Numbered from the stretch's first letter, positions 1 to 15,336 are shown. The stretch: DNA of 64,000 nucleotides from Eledone cirrhosa (GCA_964016885.1 OZ024766.1:14818001-14882000); one strand, 5' to 3'. The notes: generated from the letters alone by a model not told the origin. Numbers and translations: made by a program.

Positions 1-505
1 TGGCAAATAAAGTTTCTCCCTACGTACAAAAATGTTGGCTGTACAATGCCTGTGTGTAAAGTGCAATACTGCATGGAAGTGAAACATGGGCAGTAACTGC
101 AGAAGACATGCATAAGCTGGAGAGAAATGGAGCAACCATGCTTCGTTGGATGTGCAACGTAAATGGGAGAGGAAGGCAGAGCTGGGATAAAATGAGGAAG
201 AAATTGGACATCAGAGGAAACCGAAGTGGTGTTCAAGAGAGAAGACTGCTTTGGTAGGGATATGTGATATCCATGGATGGTGATCACTGGTTAAAGAAGT
301 GCCACGGAATACCAGAAGAGTGAAGCCATACTAGAGGTAGACCAAGGAAGACCAGGGTAGATGTGGTGAGAGCTGATCTCAAATTGCTGAGACTCACAGA
401 GGAGATAACGAAGGAACAAGCGAGTGGGGAGATGTTCTGCTTAAAAGAACACATCCAACCCATGCCAGGATTGAAAAACGGACGTAAAACTATGATGATG
501 ATGTA
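1..505 (+). mobile_element. RTE-clade LINE 3' fragment
   Basis: Degenerate LHGSETW..MLRWMC..RGRPRKT coding sequence, then the CCCATGC..GGACGTAAA (GAT)n tail. Confidence 0.75.
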
Positions 506-567
506 GATGAAGTATATTAACTCTAAACAGATTTCGACTAAAACGAACAAAACTTCCCTGAAACAAC

Positions 568-882
568 AGGGTACAGCTAAATATAAACTATATTTTATAA
601 TGTAAGGTAGTGAACGAGATAATTAAATAGACGGAGGTAACTTAGATAATAAAAATATCTTTAATTTACTTAAAGCAATAACAAGGTACAGCTAAATATA
701 AACTATATTTTATAATGTAAAGTAGTGAACCACATAATTAAATAGACGGAGGTAATTTAAATAATAAATATATCTTTAATTTACTTAAAGCAATAACAAG
801 GTACAGCTAAATATAAAATATATTTTATAATGTAAGGTAGTGAACAAGATAATTAAATAGACGGAGGTATTTTAAATAATAA
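568..882. repeat. ~116-bp tandem repeat, ~2.7 copies
   Basis: GGTACAGCTAAATATAAA recurs at ~569, 685 and 800. Confidence 0.85.
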
Positions 883-1223
883 AGACAGTCATGATAATAT
901 ATTTTATATCACATGTAACAGTGGAATCGGTTAATTACTGGATCGTTGAAGAGTTCACGTAATTCTATAATTTACACACATTAATATAGACATTAAGTAA
1001 ATCTTTGTCAACTGTACATGGCTTGCACTGCTCTCACAAGCCATTCTTCTACACCTAAAAGCGGAAGAGGAGGCGCTCCATTTGTGTCAGATTTGGGCTG
1101 GGGCAATATTTCCCAATTCCACTTAATTCCATTAAATATTCAATCTTGGTCGAAATAAATATTTTCATCGGTGACGATCTGTACAACCAATAATAGTAGG
1201 AGTCACGTTACATGATATATATA

Positions 1224-1300
1224 CAGGGTGTCCCTAAAATATGTATACACATTTACATAGACTGTAGTTGAAGTGTGTATACATGTTTGGGGAGACCCTG
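1224..1300. mobile_element. 77-bp Tc1/mariner-type MITE
   Basis: TA|CAGGGTGTCCCTAAAATATGTATACAC ... GTGTATACATGTTTGGGGAGACCCTG|TA. Confidence 0.75.
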
Positions 1301-2164
1301 TATATATGTTAAAAGATGATTGATATATATATCTACACTCAAATGTATATTTATATATATATAAATATATGTATATATATATAAAGATATATATACTCTT
1401 ACGTGTATACGTCTGAAAATGTATATATGTATGTAAACACATACCTAAACATACATGTTTACATATAGATGGACAGTTATACATATACAATAACTTATTT
1501 CTATACATACATATACCACAAGTAAGGCATGGTGTTGCCAACTAACCAGAGCTCCCTCATAATGGACCAGCTAGATCCCAAAATACAGGCCTGCTAGCCA
1601 ACACACAGTCCCAATAAGTGTAAACTACAGCGCAGCTATCTGGACAGACTTGTCTTAAGACTACTCATTATCCCACTACATCTTTTGTATACTATATATA
1701 TACTGTGTATATACTGTTTATATATATATACACACACACATATAATTGTGTATTCACACATTATCTTAGTAATGAAATAATAATTTTAGTAAATTGTTCA
1801 AAATTCTTCATTAACCCTTTTGGTAGAAACCCAGCCAAAATAGGTTCTCCTTCTATGGAAATGGTTCCTATCTAAATTAAAGTCTTCCAACGAAATTCTA
1901 TATAACAACCATATGTTAAGTTACTATGTTAGTAATTAACTAACAATTGTGATAAATAGCTCATAATTATTCATAATTAATTGAAATACAAGGTTCATAA
2001 TTATAATAAAATCTTCGAATAGGCTACGAAGCCGGTAAACCTTAAAGGTACGCAACACACACGTCGCTATAGCGTTTCACCAGCCCCCTCCTTCCTCAAT
2101 CATTACATAGATGTGTGTGTATGTAATAATTATTTTGTATTGTGTGTCTATTTATGAATATATA

Positions 2165-4345
2165 TGTGTAGATGTGTGTGTGTGTAACACAGTAGATGTG
2201 TGTGTATGTAACTGAGCAGATGTGTATGTAACACAGTAGATGTGTGTGTGTGTAACACAGTATATGTATGTGTGTGTAACACAGTAGATGTGTGTGTATG
2301 TAACTCAGCAGATGTGTATGTAACACAGTAGATGTGTGTGTGTGTAACACAGTATATGTATGTGTGTGTAACACACTAGATGTGTGTGTATATATGACAC
2401 AGTAGATGAGTATATATAACACGGTAGATGTGTGTATATGTAACACAGTAGATGTGTATATATAACACAGTAGATGTGTATGTAACACAGTAGATGTGTA
2501 TATATAACACAGTAGATGTGTATATATAACACAGTAGATGTGTGTATATATAACACAGTAGATGTGTGTATATGTAACACAGTAGATGTGTATATATAAC
2601 ACAGTAGATGTGTGTATATGTAACACAGTAGATGTGTGTATATAACACAGTAGATGTGTATGTAACACAGTAGATGTGTATATATAACACAGTAGATGTG
2701 TATATATAACACAGTAGATGTGTGTATATATAACACAGTAGATGTGTGTGTATGTAACACAGTAGATCTGTGTGTTTGTAACACAGTACATGTGTGTATG
2801 TAACACAGTAGATGTGTGTATGTAACACAGTAGATGTGTATGTAACGAAAGTGTAACGTACGTTACGAATGGACAACTAAAAGATTTTAAATTGTTTTTT
2901 AACAATTGTTGGTGGAAAAAAATTTTAATTGTCTTAATTCAGACCATAAAGGGCCGCAACACACTTACCGGCTACATAGCCTCGGAGTCTATTTTACTGA
3001 GACCGGCGACATATCTTCTTCCTAAGTAGATGTGTATATATAACACAATAGATGTGTGTATATATAACACAGTAGATGGGTGTGTATGTAACACAGTAGA
3101 TCTGTGTGTATATCACACAGTACATGTGTGTGTATGTAACTCAGTAGATGTGTGTGTATGTAATACAGTAGATGTATGTGTATGTAATACAGTAGATGTG
3201 TGTATGTAACACAGTAGATGTGTGTGTATGTAACACAGTAGATGTGTGTATGTAACCCAGTAGATGTATGTAACACAGTAGATGTGTGTGTATGTAACAC
3301 AGTAGATGTGTGTATGTAATACAGTAGATGTATGTGTATGTAATACAGTAGATGTGTGTGTATGTATCACTAGATGTGTGTATGTAAGACAGTAGATGTG
3401 TGTGTATGTAACACAGTAGATGTGTGTGTATGTAACACAGTAGATGTGAGTATGTAACACAGTAGATGTGAGTATGTAACACAGTAGATGTGCGTATGTA
3501 ACACAGTAGATGTGTGTGTATGTAACACAGTAGATGTGTGTATGTAACACAGTAGATGTGAGTATGTAACACAGTAGATGTGTGTATGTAACACAGTAGA
3601 TGTGTGTGTATGTAACACAGTAGATGTGTGTATGTAACTCAGTAGATGTGTGTGTATGTAACCCAGTAGATGTGTGTATATAACCCAGTAGATGTGTGTA
3701 ACTCAGTAGATGTGTGTGTATATAACACAGTAGATGTGTATGTATGTAACACAGTAGATGTGTATATGTAACACAGTTTATGAGTGTGCATGTAAGTCAG
3801 AAGATGTGTGTGTATGTAACACAGTAGATGGTGTGTACGTAACTCAGTAGATGTGTGTATATAAGACAGTAGATGTGTGTGTATGTAACACAATAGATGT
3901 GCGTGTATATGTAAGACAGTAGATGTGTGTGTATGTAACACAGTAGATGTGTGTATATGTAACACAGCAGATGTGTATGTAACACAGTAGATCTCTGTAT
4001 ATGTAACACAGTAGATGTATGTATGTAACACAGTAGATCTCTGTATATGTAACACAGTAGATGTGTGTATGTAACACAGTAGATGTGTATGTAACACAGT
4101 CGATCTATGTATATGTAACACAATAGATGTGTGTATGTAACACAGTAGATGCGTGTGTATGTAACACAGTAGATCTCTGTATATGTAACACAGTAGATGT
4201 GTGTATGTAACACAGTAGATCTCTGTATATGTAACACAGTAGATGTGTGTATGTAACACAGTAGATGTGTGTGTATGTAACACAGTAGGTGTGTGTGTAT
4301 GTAAGACAGTAGATGTGTGTGTATGTAAGACAGTAGATGTGTGTG
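2165..4345. repeat. 20-26-bp minisatellite (AACACAGTAGATGTGTGTATGT) in two blocks
   Basis: Seen directly. The blocks are followed by a duplicated unique segment (~2850-3023 and ~4378-4563). Confidence 0.95.
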
Positions 4346-5239
4346 TATGTAACATAGTAGATGTAAATATAACTAAAGTGTAACGTAAGTTAAAATGGAC
4401 GACAAAATGACTTTAACTTGTTTTTTAAAAATTGATGGTGGAAAAGATTTTAAATTGTCTTAACTCAGACCATAAAGGGCCGAAACACATGGAGTCTGAC
4501 ACTCTTACCGGCTACTTAGCCAGGGAGTCTATTTTACGGCGTCCGGTTACATAGCTTCTTCCTAAAAGTCTTCCAACATAATTTTATACAAGAACCACAT
4601 GTTAAGTTACTAATAAAATAATTAATAATTAAAAACTTCAGTAAATCCTTCAAATGATATCTCAGTAATGAAATAATTAATAATTGTTATAAATACCTCA
4701 AAATTCCTCATTAATTAAACCCAAGACAGGTAAAAACTCCAGAGTCTTTCAATCGGACATGAAACAAATTAATTTCTAATGGAAGAAGAAAAGATTTTAA
4801 AGTCAGCCAAGGGAGATCACTCTCAGCGACTTATTGTAATTCTCGTTCCTGAATTAATCCGGATTAAAATATTCTGGTGCATTTTGTGTGGAGGAAACCG
4901 GATTTAGGCGGTGATAGCACGCAGTACATGAACGTATGGTTCGTGAGTTCGAATCCCAGACCGGGTGGTCTGTACGTTGGGGCCTTGAACAAGACACTTT
5001 ATTTCTCATTGTTTTATTTCACCCAGCTGGCAAAAATAATAAGTTGTACCAGTAATTATAGGGGACACGTTGTTACATAGAATTGTCACACTGAATCTCC
5101 CTGAGAAGAATGTCAACGGTATACGTGTCAATGAAATGCTCAGACACATTATAATATAAGATGGGTTCTACATGTATTTCAAAGGGAAGCCATGCCATAC
5201 GTCTTGCTGAATCTCCCTGAGAACTACGTATATACTAGT

Positions 5240-5880
5240 GACTATCAGACATAGTGTATCTAGGATTACATTATCTAATGTACAGTACAGTAGTTAGTAT
5301 TAGTGGCTATAAGACATAGTTTATCTAGGACTACGTTATCTAATGTATAGAAATTAGTATTAATGGCTATCTGACATAGTGTACCTAGGACTACATTATA
5401 TAATGTACAGTATAGTGGCTATCAGACATAGTGTACCTAGGACTACATTATATAATGTACAGTATAGTGGCTATCAGACATAGTGTACCTAGGACTATAT
5501 TATCTAATGTACAGTATAGTGTCTATCAGACATAGTGTACCTAGGACTACATTATCTAATGTACAGTATAGTAGCTATCAGACATAGTGTATCTAGGACT
5601 ACATTATCTAATGTACAGTATAGTAGCTATCAGACATAGTGTACCTAGGACATTATCTAATGTACAGTATAGTGGCTATCAGACATAGTGTACCTAGGAC
5701 TACATTGTCTAATGTACAGTATAGTGGCTATCAGACATAGTGTATCTAGGACTACATTATCTAATGTACAGTATAGTGGCTATCAGATATAGTGTACCTA
5801 GGACTACATTATCTAATGTACAGTATAGTAGCTATCAGGCATAGTGTATCTAGGACTACATTATCTAATGTACAGTATAG
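5240..5880. repeat. 52-bp minisatellite
   Basis: Unit CTATCAGACATAGTGTACCTAGGACTACATTATCTAATGTACAGTATAGTGG. Confidence 0.95.
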
Positions 5881-6687
5881 CAGTTAGTATTTGTGGCTAT
5901 CATTATTATAGACTTCAAGTCGGTAGAGGGTCGGACGCCATGCTTTACAGCATAGTTACGTCCCTTTACGATCTGAGTTCAAATCCCGCCGAGGTTGACT
6001 TTGCCTTTCATCCTTACGGGGTCGATAAAATAAAATACCAGTAATGCACTGGGTATTTGCTGGCCTTGTGCCTAAAGCAGAAACAATTATTATAGACTTC
6101 AAGTAAATCTTTGTCAATTTACCTCCTTCACATATAATCAATGTGTTGTGTTGTTAGTTGTTACTAAACAACCAAAGAAATAATCTCTTTGTTATCAAAT
6201 TAGAAGTTTCAAAGATGTTATCAGCTTTATTTCACGACATTAACGTTGGTGTATCTTCTTCATCCTTAGTCATAAATTGATATCTTGTCAGAATGAAGTA
6301 GTGAGGATGACTTTATGTCTTTAGCTACAGATTTGATAGGAAATATATATATATTAGGTTGATATGTGGTCTAAAATATATATATTGTCTATAAATGACT
6401 GATAGCAGATGTTCTGGTGAAATAGTAGTTTTACTACTACAGATTGTAATGGAACTCTTAGTAGACACAATTGTAAAGTAAGAATAGATATGACAGTGTA
6501 TATAATTGTTACACAAGATATAATTAGATTAATTAAAGTTCTAATGAAGGCAGCAGGTACTCGGTGTCATTGACAATGTTTCACCCCTATTACCGGTGTC
6601 ATACGTTCTTATATTTGGACACTTTTACTGTATCTGCTGCGATATTTTGTGCCTGCTTTTACTGCAAGTGCAAGAAGGAGAACAAAA

Positions 6688-6975
6688 AGTACCCAGTGCC
6701 CACTGTAAAGTTGTCATTTTGGTGACATGATAGTACCCAGTGCCCACTGTAAAGTAGTCATGTTGGTGCCATGATAGTACCCAGTCCACACTGTAAAGTA
6801 GTCATGTTGGTGCCATGATAGTATCCAGTCCACACTGTAAAGTTGTCATGTTGGTGCCATGATAGTACCCAGTCCACACTGTAAAGTAGTCATGTTGGTG
6901 CCATGATAGTACCCAGTCCACACTGTAAAGTAGTCATTTTGCTGATACTGCAGAAAGCACCCAGTACACACTGCA
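6688..6975. repeat. 44-bp tandem repeat derived from the RTE 3'UTR motif
   Basis: AGTACCCAGTCCACACTGTAAAGTAGTCATGTTGGTGCCATGAT in ~6 copies, leading into an RTE tail. Confidence 0.9.
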
Positions 6976-7429
6976 AATGTAGTTGGCGTTATGAAGGGCA
7001 TCCACTCATGGAAACCAAGACACGGTCATCTGATCTGAATTGTCTCACAATAGGACAACTCATCTAACCCATGCTAGCATGGAAAAATGGACGTTAAACA
7101 GTGATGATGATGATTATGATGTTGAAAGTCTACGGTGCTGAGACCACAAATCAAGGGAGTAGTCTATGTGAAGAAGTAGAGTGGGTATAGAGGAAGGTAA
7201 AAACATACCTGAGACATGAGTGTGTAACCTAGTAGTTAGTGACTTTATAGTTATGTCTAGAGGAACTCAGAGACAGAGGGCAACCTGGAGAAGAAGAATA
7301 TGGAAGATAAAGGAGCCCTCAGCCAGTAACAAATTTAGAGATATTTTGTTTGACACTTTTCACAGTAAAGAAGAAGATATAGAGACTCAGAAGATAGAGG
7401 AGGTGTTGGTGTTATATATATGTATGCTC

Positions 7430-7700
7430 TGATGGATGAGCAGCATTAGGAAACTGAGGGAATAAGTTGCTATAAGAGAAAGTAGATGTAGTGTGCTAGA
7501 GAGAAGACTACGTTGGTATGGACATGTGATGTGTATGAAAGATAGCAGCTGCATAAAGAAATGGAGAAAAACTGATGTGGTTAGGACCATTGGAAGAGGC
7601 AGACCCAGGAAGACATGGGATGAGTGTGTGAAGACCTTAAAAGATCTCACAACAGAAATGACAAAGGACCACAAGAGCTGGCACTATGTTATGATAGTGA
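7430..7700 (+). mobile_element. RTE LINE 3' ORF fragment
   Basis: RRLRWYGHVM..GRGRPRKTW. Confidence 0.75.
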
Positions 7701-7844
7701 AGACCTGGTCAACAGCATACAGTGGCCTGACCTATCCCCTTATCTTCCCTCTCCCTAGCACACCCGAACAGGTATTTCTCACTACACCACCCCAACTCCT
7801 TATCTGCTGCCCCTTCAAAACCTCTAGAATCCCTCACAGTTCAC

Positions 7845-8035
7845 AATCTAGTAGACACTCCCCTCACTGTTATGTTCTCCATCCATGCCCCCTCCACTAG
7901 TACTCCCTAGCAGCTCCCCTCATCTCCACTAAATACCCTCACTCCATCCATGCCCCCTCCACTAGTACTCCCTAGCAGCTCTCCTCATCTCCACTAAGTA
8001 CCCCCACTCCATCCATGCCACCTCCCTCTAGTATT
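7845..8035. repeat. ~65-bp tandem repeat
   Basis: CTCCATCCATGCC..CTAGTACTCCCTAGCAGCTC in ~3 copies. Confidence 0.8.
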
Positions 8036-8994
8036 TATCCCTTAGCTTCTGTCTCCCCCACTATAAACCCTTAGAACCCTTCACTATCACACCTTAGTAG
8101 CTACCATGCCCCCTTCCCTATCCCTCTGCTATTCTCTCCATCACTACACCTCCCCGTTTCTGACATCGCTGTTCTCATCTTCATGGAGAAAGACAGGAGA
8201 CAGGTGAAGAGGACCCTTCAGTGGTGTCAAAGACAGGACAATGTTCCTAGTGTTGGTGATCTACAAGATAAACACACCCACTACATGCTATAAAGTTGGT
8301 GCTAGGAAGGGTATCCAGCCTTAGAAAGCTTGCCATACAAAGTGCTGGGAGGACCCTTCACTTGTGTTAAAGATATGAAAACCTCTCCTGTGCACTTGAT
8401 AGTATGTGAGATCATACATAAGAGAGATAACAGACTCCTAACCATCCTGGAAGGTCAGCAGCCATGCATCAGTACTGACTTAGTCTATCTATACCCATCT
8501 ATCCCTTACTAGCAAGGTAAGCAGACATTAAAACTATGATGATGATGATAATATATGTATATGTGTGTGTAGTGAAAGAAATGTTTTCCCACAGTCTTCT
8601 CTTATGGACATGGCCACCAAAAAGTGACTTGTGACCTTGCAGAGAAGACAACAGTTCAATTTTCTGGAGGCTAGGTTTACAGCACCATTCCTACAAAGGA
8701 GAACATATTCTGGGGCCATCTGTTATTTATCAAAAATAACTAGCTGTCATTATAAATAGGCTGTCCTGTGGTCCTAACTCAGTCATCTGCCTCTTCATAT
8801 AAACACAGCTCCTTTGCCAGTTCTTACTACTACCTCAACTGGTACATACTGTCTGACTACAACTTGTCAATTTTTAATCAAACATAGCATATTAAACAAA
8901 GATTCTCCAGTACAACACTATATTCATTTGTAAATATACAACACTATATTCATTTGTAAATACTACAATCAAACATTATATTTATGATATGAGG

Positions 8995-9182
8995 GTGGGG
9001 AATTGGCAGTATCGGTAGAGGGTTGGACGACATGCTTTCTAGCATAGTTACGACCCTTTACAGTCTCAGTTCAAATCCCACCGAGGTTAACTTTGCTTTT
9101 CATCCTTACGGGGGTCGATAAAATAAAGTACCAGTAATGTACTGGGAAATTGCTGGCCTTGTGCCTAAAGTAGAAACAATTA
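8995..9182 (+). mobile_element. Second SINE family; relatives at 5920-6090, 34740-34875, 36605-36800(-), 43975-44085(-), 49985-50100(-) and 17885-17975(-)
   Basis: B box GTTCAAATCC and body GAGGTTAACTTTGC..TCATCC..GGTCGATAAAATAAAGTACCAG..GGCCTTGTGCC..AGTAGAAACAATT. Confidence 0.8.
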
Positions 9183-9445
9183 TATTTATGATTTGAAGTA
9201 ATCAGATTTTTTTACCTTTTTGCTGAAGTGAAGTAAAATTATATCTAACCAGAATTATTGTTATTTGTCTTGTTTATCATCCTCTTTCATAACAACCACT
9301 AACTTCCCTTCATGTCTACACACAGCCACATGTCTAATTCTCTTAATTTAAAATGTTTAAAAGTGAGTTGGCTGCTATTTCTAGCACATCGAGTAACAAG
9401 TTAAGAGACTGCTTCGTTGATATGTAATAATTATTTTATTGGTGA

Positions 9446-10560
<1,115 letters not shown>

Positions 10561-10709
10561 TATACACATATATATATATTTGTATGTATATATTTGTGTG
10601 TGTGTATACAGAAATAATATATACACTACTTAATTATATATATATATACAACATATCAAAATAAATCAAATAAATTTAAACAACAACTGAATCTACCAAA
10701 ATAGAATAT

Positions 10710-10719
10710 TTTATTTATT
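10710..10719 (-). promoter_or_regulatory. Candidate polyadenylation signals (overlapping AATAAA) of the ankyrin-Death gene
   Basis: Two TTTATT on the plus strand ~380 bp past the stop, with U/GU-rich sequence downstream on the minus strand. Confidence 0.35.
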
Positions 10720-10796
10720 TATAATTTGGTGATAAACAATATTTTTGGTAAAAGTAATTCTTCTTTTTCACGCTTTCTTTCTTTCCATCCTTTTTC

Positions 10797-10832
<36 letters not shown>

Positions 10833-11093
10833 CATATACACACACACACAAGGGTATAAAGTGGTGGTGTAAAGTGATAGAGTTGTTGCCACAATAAAAT
10901 ACACCTTGTTCACTCTGTAAAGTAGTCATGAGGGTTCCACAATAAAATGCACCCTGTCCACTCTGTAAAGTGGTTGTCATTGAAAACATCATCCAGCAAT
11001 GTCTGGTCTTGTTCCATGACAACACAACCCATCCAGTTAATGCTAGAATGGAACACAGATATAAGATGATGATGATGATGATGATGATAGAGA

Positions 11094-11299
11094 CTAGTTT
11101 TTCTCTGAATCTAGACAACCAAGAGCCTCAAAACAATCTGCTGTCTTTAGGGCTTCTTCCAGAGTGGCTATGGTGCATTCTTCTGGTTTACTAATTTCAC
11201 TCCATTTGAGTAACATTTGAAAAGCCCGTTGGTCAACATCATAAGGATTGTTCTCCTTGATTTTGTAAAGTTCAATAGCTGGAACCTCTAATTGAATAC
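11094..11299 (-). CDS. Ankyrin/RING-like/Death gene, last coding exon (Death domain C-terminal part, stop TAG)
   Basis: TTTTACAG acceptor, phase 1. Encodes GIQLEVPAIELYKIKENNPYDVDQRAFQMLLKWSEISKPEECTIATLEEALKTADCFEALGCLDSEKN*, with death-domain motifs ML..W and T...L..AL. Confidence 0.85.
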
Positions 11300-11767
11300 C
11301 TGTAAAATATAAAACAATAAGAAACCAATACTACAACAACAATAACAACATTAAACAGATTAGTTATATAAAATATGTATACCACAGGTTGCTGTAAATA
11401 ACAAAGTAACTAGCTGTAGAGTAATAGAAATAATTAATATAAAAATTCTAAATTATTGTTGTATGTTTCCAAGGATACCGACAAAAATAAAGAAGTTGAA
11501 GTGAGGAGAAGAAAGAAGAACAAGATTAAAGAAAATAGACTTGAGAAAATTATGGCAAAGAAATGGCAGAAGTTTTTGTATTGACAGAACTGGTTCAGAA
11601 TTTAAATATCCAACATTGATAACCAACATTCACAACATGTCATCCATAGGAAAGGTTTAAAGGATGAGATTGAAGACCCCTCAATAACATCACAAGATCA
11701 GTGTCTGAAATAGTCAGGGTTCTGCCTAAAATCTATCAAGACATCAATGACAAGTGACAAACATTTC

Positions 11768-12965
11768 CTCATCATCATCATCATCATTTTACATCCTCTT
11801 TTCCCTGCTTGCAAGGGTAGAACGGGTCCTATTCATCATCTCTCCATTTGACATGGTCCTTTGTCATCTCCTCTTGTGAGCTTCAGCGATCTGAGGTCTG
11901 CTCTCACCACCTCTCCCCATATTTTTTGTGGTCTTCATCTACTGTGTCTTCCTTCCACTGGGATTTCTTGGCACTTCATTACTCAACAGTCACCCGCCAT
12001 GCATATCACACATCCATACCAACACAGTCTTCTCTCCTGCACACTACATCTTATCCTTCTTATACACAGTTTCTCTCTCAACTGGTCTATGCTGGGTCAT
12101 TCACACACATTGACATTGCACATCCAACGGAGCATGGTTGCTTCATTTCTCTCCAGCCGTCACATTTCCTCCACAGTTGCTGCCCATCCTTATTCTAGAT
12201 ACTATGGCCTCGGAGCACCCTCCTCCTATATTAATCTGATCACCTAGGTATCAGAAGCTATCAACTACCTCTGTAGATCCCACCTGCATTTGAAAAATGT
12301 GTCTATCACTGCGAGTTCTACTGTCAAATTTCCCTGTACATCTACTGCATACGTAGTTTTCCCTACCTGTCAGTTTGCCTGCTATCCCACTACATATCTT
12401 AAGTATACAAGATCTGCATTGCTTACATTTTATACATATCGAACATGGCCATTTCCCTGGTGGAATCAGAGTTTTGTCCTCTTTTCTACTCATCAACACA
12501 TTTGTCTTAGCTAGGTTAACTCTCAGTCTTCTTGGTTCCAACTACTGTTTCTATAGCCAGAATTTATTCTCTAGCTCCTCTACTGATTCTGCTATAAGAA
12601 CCAGATCATCAGCATAGAGAAGTTCCCATGGACAGCAAGTCTTAAACTCCTCTGTTATGGCTTGGAGGACTATAATGAACAAGAGTGGGCTGAGGACCGA
12701 ACCCTGATGTACACCTACACATATCTGGAATTCCTTACTAAACTCCATTCCTACTCTCACTTTACTGACAGCACCCCTGTACATAACTTGGACTGTCCTC
12801 ACAAGCCATTCCCCTACACCTAGTTTCCTTAAGGACCACCAGATGACAGATCGGGGTTCTCTATCAAAGGCCATCTCTAGGTCAACAAAAGCTAAGTATA
12901 GTAGCTTATTCTTCTCTAAGAACCTGTCTTGTAGTTGTCTCACTAAGAAGAGGGCATCCTTGCTG
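11768..12965 (-). mobile_element. RTE-clade LINE fragment (RT and 3' end), intronic
   Basis: YLAFVDLEMAFDR, GVHQGSVLSPLLF, LLYADDL and a (GAT)n tail. Confidence 0.85.
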
Positions 12966-13597
12966 CTAAATTTAATGGACATGTTGAGTAGCACGAAGAT
13001 GACTCTTTTGGAGTACATGATGGCTAGAGGTATGGCTTGAAGGATCAAGACTCCTACAGTTCTGTGGTGTAAGTGACTTCAAGATATCAGCCAATCATTT
13101 GATCAGGTAGACATACAAGCTAGATTAACTTTATTCTCATCAGAAAACAAATAGACAGATGGTTGTGAATATTAAATCTGTTTCCAGAGAAGGAAGCCTT
13201 TGGTAGAGAGTGTGGACAAAGGAAGACCCTAACCTTAACAATAAGACTACACCATCTCATAAGACCAAGATGACTAAAGAATGAAGGAGTAACAATCTCT
13301 AGGAATAATGTAGGGTGGTCACACCTGGAACACCCTCCATTATAAATCTGCAGATCATGGCAGAACCGAGACTAAATAACAATAACAACCTATTTGTAGA
13401 TTGAATATGTTTCAATAAAAACAAAGAAAAACATTCCCATTAACTCACATGTTTACCCCAATACACCAACAGATTTTTATTCCCTGTTTTAGAAGACAAT
13501 ATTAGTTATATTGTGTCTTCTAATTTATTCATTTTTACCAATTCAGTTAAAAGTAAACTTTATAGAAATCAACAAGATACTGTAATCTTATACTCAC

Positions 13598-13669
13598 CAA
13601 CTGGAAACCATTTTCCCACTAACAGTCCTGCTACCTTCCACAGGACTTTCTCATTCGGCTTTTGAGACC
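13598..13669 (-). CDS. Ankyrin/RING-like/Death gene, coding exon 5 (Death domain N-terminal part)
   Basis: TTTTTTCAG acceptor and G|GTGAGT donor, phase 1-1. Encodes RSQKPNEKVLWKVAGLLVGKWFPVG, matching the death-fold L..va..lg..W..lg pattern. Too short for the ORF track. Confidence 0.8.
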
Positions 13670-14710
13670 CTGAAAAAATATTTCCAAGTTTTTTCATTTT
13701 ACTGTAAAGATTTTCTATTCCTGTTTATAATCTATATTTTATATTTTCAGACATTCCTATAATCAGAAGTCAACTAGTGATCACAATGGCTTTAGTCAAT
13801 ATTTTCTCTTCTTGTTATATCAGGTTATCTGAGTATTTAGGCCCATAATAAAATATGTTAAACTTTATAAATATTTTCTATCTATAAAAACATCTTATAT
13901 TACATTATGGTAATTATCTCATTTCACTATCAGCTGATTATACATTTGTTTTTCTCATAGCTTTGTCTTTCACTTATGCCAAATCTACAATATAGCATCA
14001 CTGTCCTCTCATCTCTGTATTTTACTAATAAATATTCTGTTTATTTTCTTCTTAATTCTAATATCAGCCACGCTGGTTATCAAAGACCTAGCCACACATT
14101 CATGATAGCCGACATGAAATAGGAGTAGATACACTGCTTTCCTTGAGAAAGGTTGATGTTGGCACTCTTTAGTTTAAACTGACCACATCTGTGTTCACCA
14201 GAATGTCATCTGATTCATGTAATATTTACAAATATTTACATGTCACGTGTCTTCCATAATGATACAGGAGCTCATTGGTGAGCACTAATTATTCTATACA
14301 GGTGAGAAGGAAAGTGATAACAGGTGTCTTAAAACACTGTACACTTACACAAATCCTCATTAGCTCCCTTTAACAAGTCATCTCTACATTAATGCAGTGA
14401 AAATATCTGAAAAGGATCCATGAAATGACCCCAACATTATAAATTATCTCCTACAGACCCCTTATATAAATAAATCATAGTTTCTCAAATCTTTGCTACT
14501 AAGTGTCTACTATTTCTATAGAACCATCTGGGCAGTTGAAATGAGATAGAATCCAATAGTTCTATAGAAATCATCATCATCAGTCTTACGTCCATTCTTC
14601 CACACTAGCATGGGTTAGACAGATTGTCCTGCTGTGGGTGATGTTAGGTCAGGTGACCTTGTCTTGCTCATACGGGAACTGATTTTGGCTTGATTTCTGA
14701 AGCTGGATGT

Positions 14711-14763
<53 letters not shown>

Positions 14764-14932
14764 TGTATTTTATTAAATGTAATTTAAAATTAAAACCTTC
14801 AATGTACGATTTTTGCCTATGAAAAATAATCTAATAGAAGGGGACACCATTGCCTATGTGACTCAAACTCACATTTGCCTTATACAGGACATCTTTACTT
14901 ACCAGTTGCAATCGACATATATATATATATGC

Positions 14933-14966
<34 letters not shown>

Positions 14967-14989
14967 GCATATATATATATATATATATA

Positions 14990-15132
14990 TGGAGGCACAT
15001 GGCTTAGTGGTTAGAGCATTGGCCTTGCAATCGAAAGGTTGTGAATTCAATTCTCAGACCGGGTGATGTGTTGTTTCCTTGAGCAAGACACTTTATTTCA
15101 GATTGCTCCAGTTTACTCAGCTGTAGAAATGA
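14990..15132 (+). mobile_element. tRNA-derived SINE; relatives at 4930-5150, 27820-28020, 51945-52075 and 17265-17335(-)
   Basis: A box TGGCTTAGTGG, B-box-like GAATTCAATTC and conserved body CCTTGAGCAAGACACTT. Confidence 0.8.
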
Positions 15133-15336
15133 TATGATAGGGACTGGGGTCCATATCATTCCACTGCAAAGTGGTCGTGGAGGTGCCACGGCAAAAAAGC
15201 ACCCAGCACTCACTGTAAATGAGGTTGGTGTTAGGAAGGGCATCCAGAAGTAGAAATCTAGCCAGAATCAGTTCCCGTCCCACCTTTGCAAGCAGGGAAA
15301 ATGCGGACGTAAAATGAAATGATGATGATGAAATGA

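Noticed and set aside
2096-4355. His/Thr/Tyr/Cys-rich ORFs
   Set aside because: Minisatellite translations.
6180-6520. Penelope GIY-YIG C-terminal remnant on the minus strand
   Set aside because: Only a weak REIKLITSLK resemblance, too degenerate to call.
14990-15070. tRNA gene
   Set aside because: It has A/B boxes but no cloverleaf and continues into a multi-copy SINE body.
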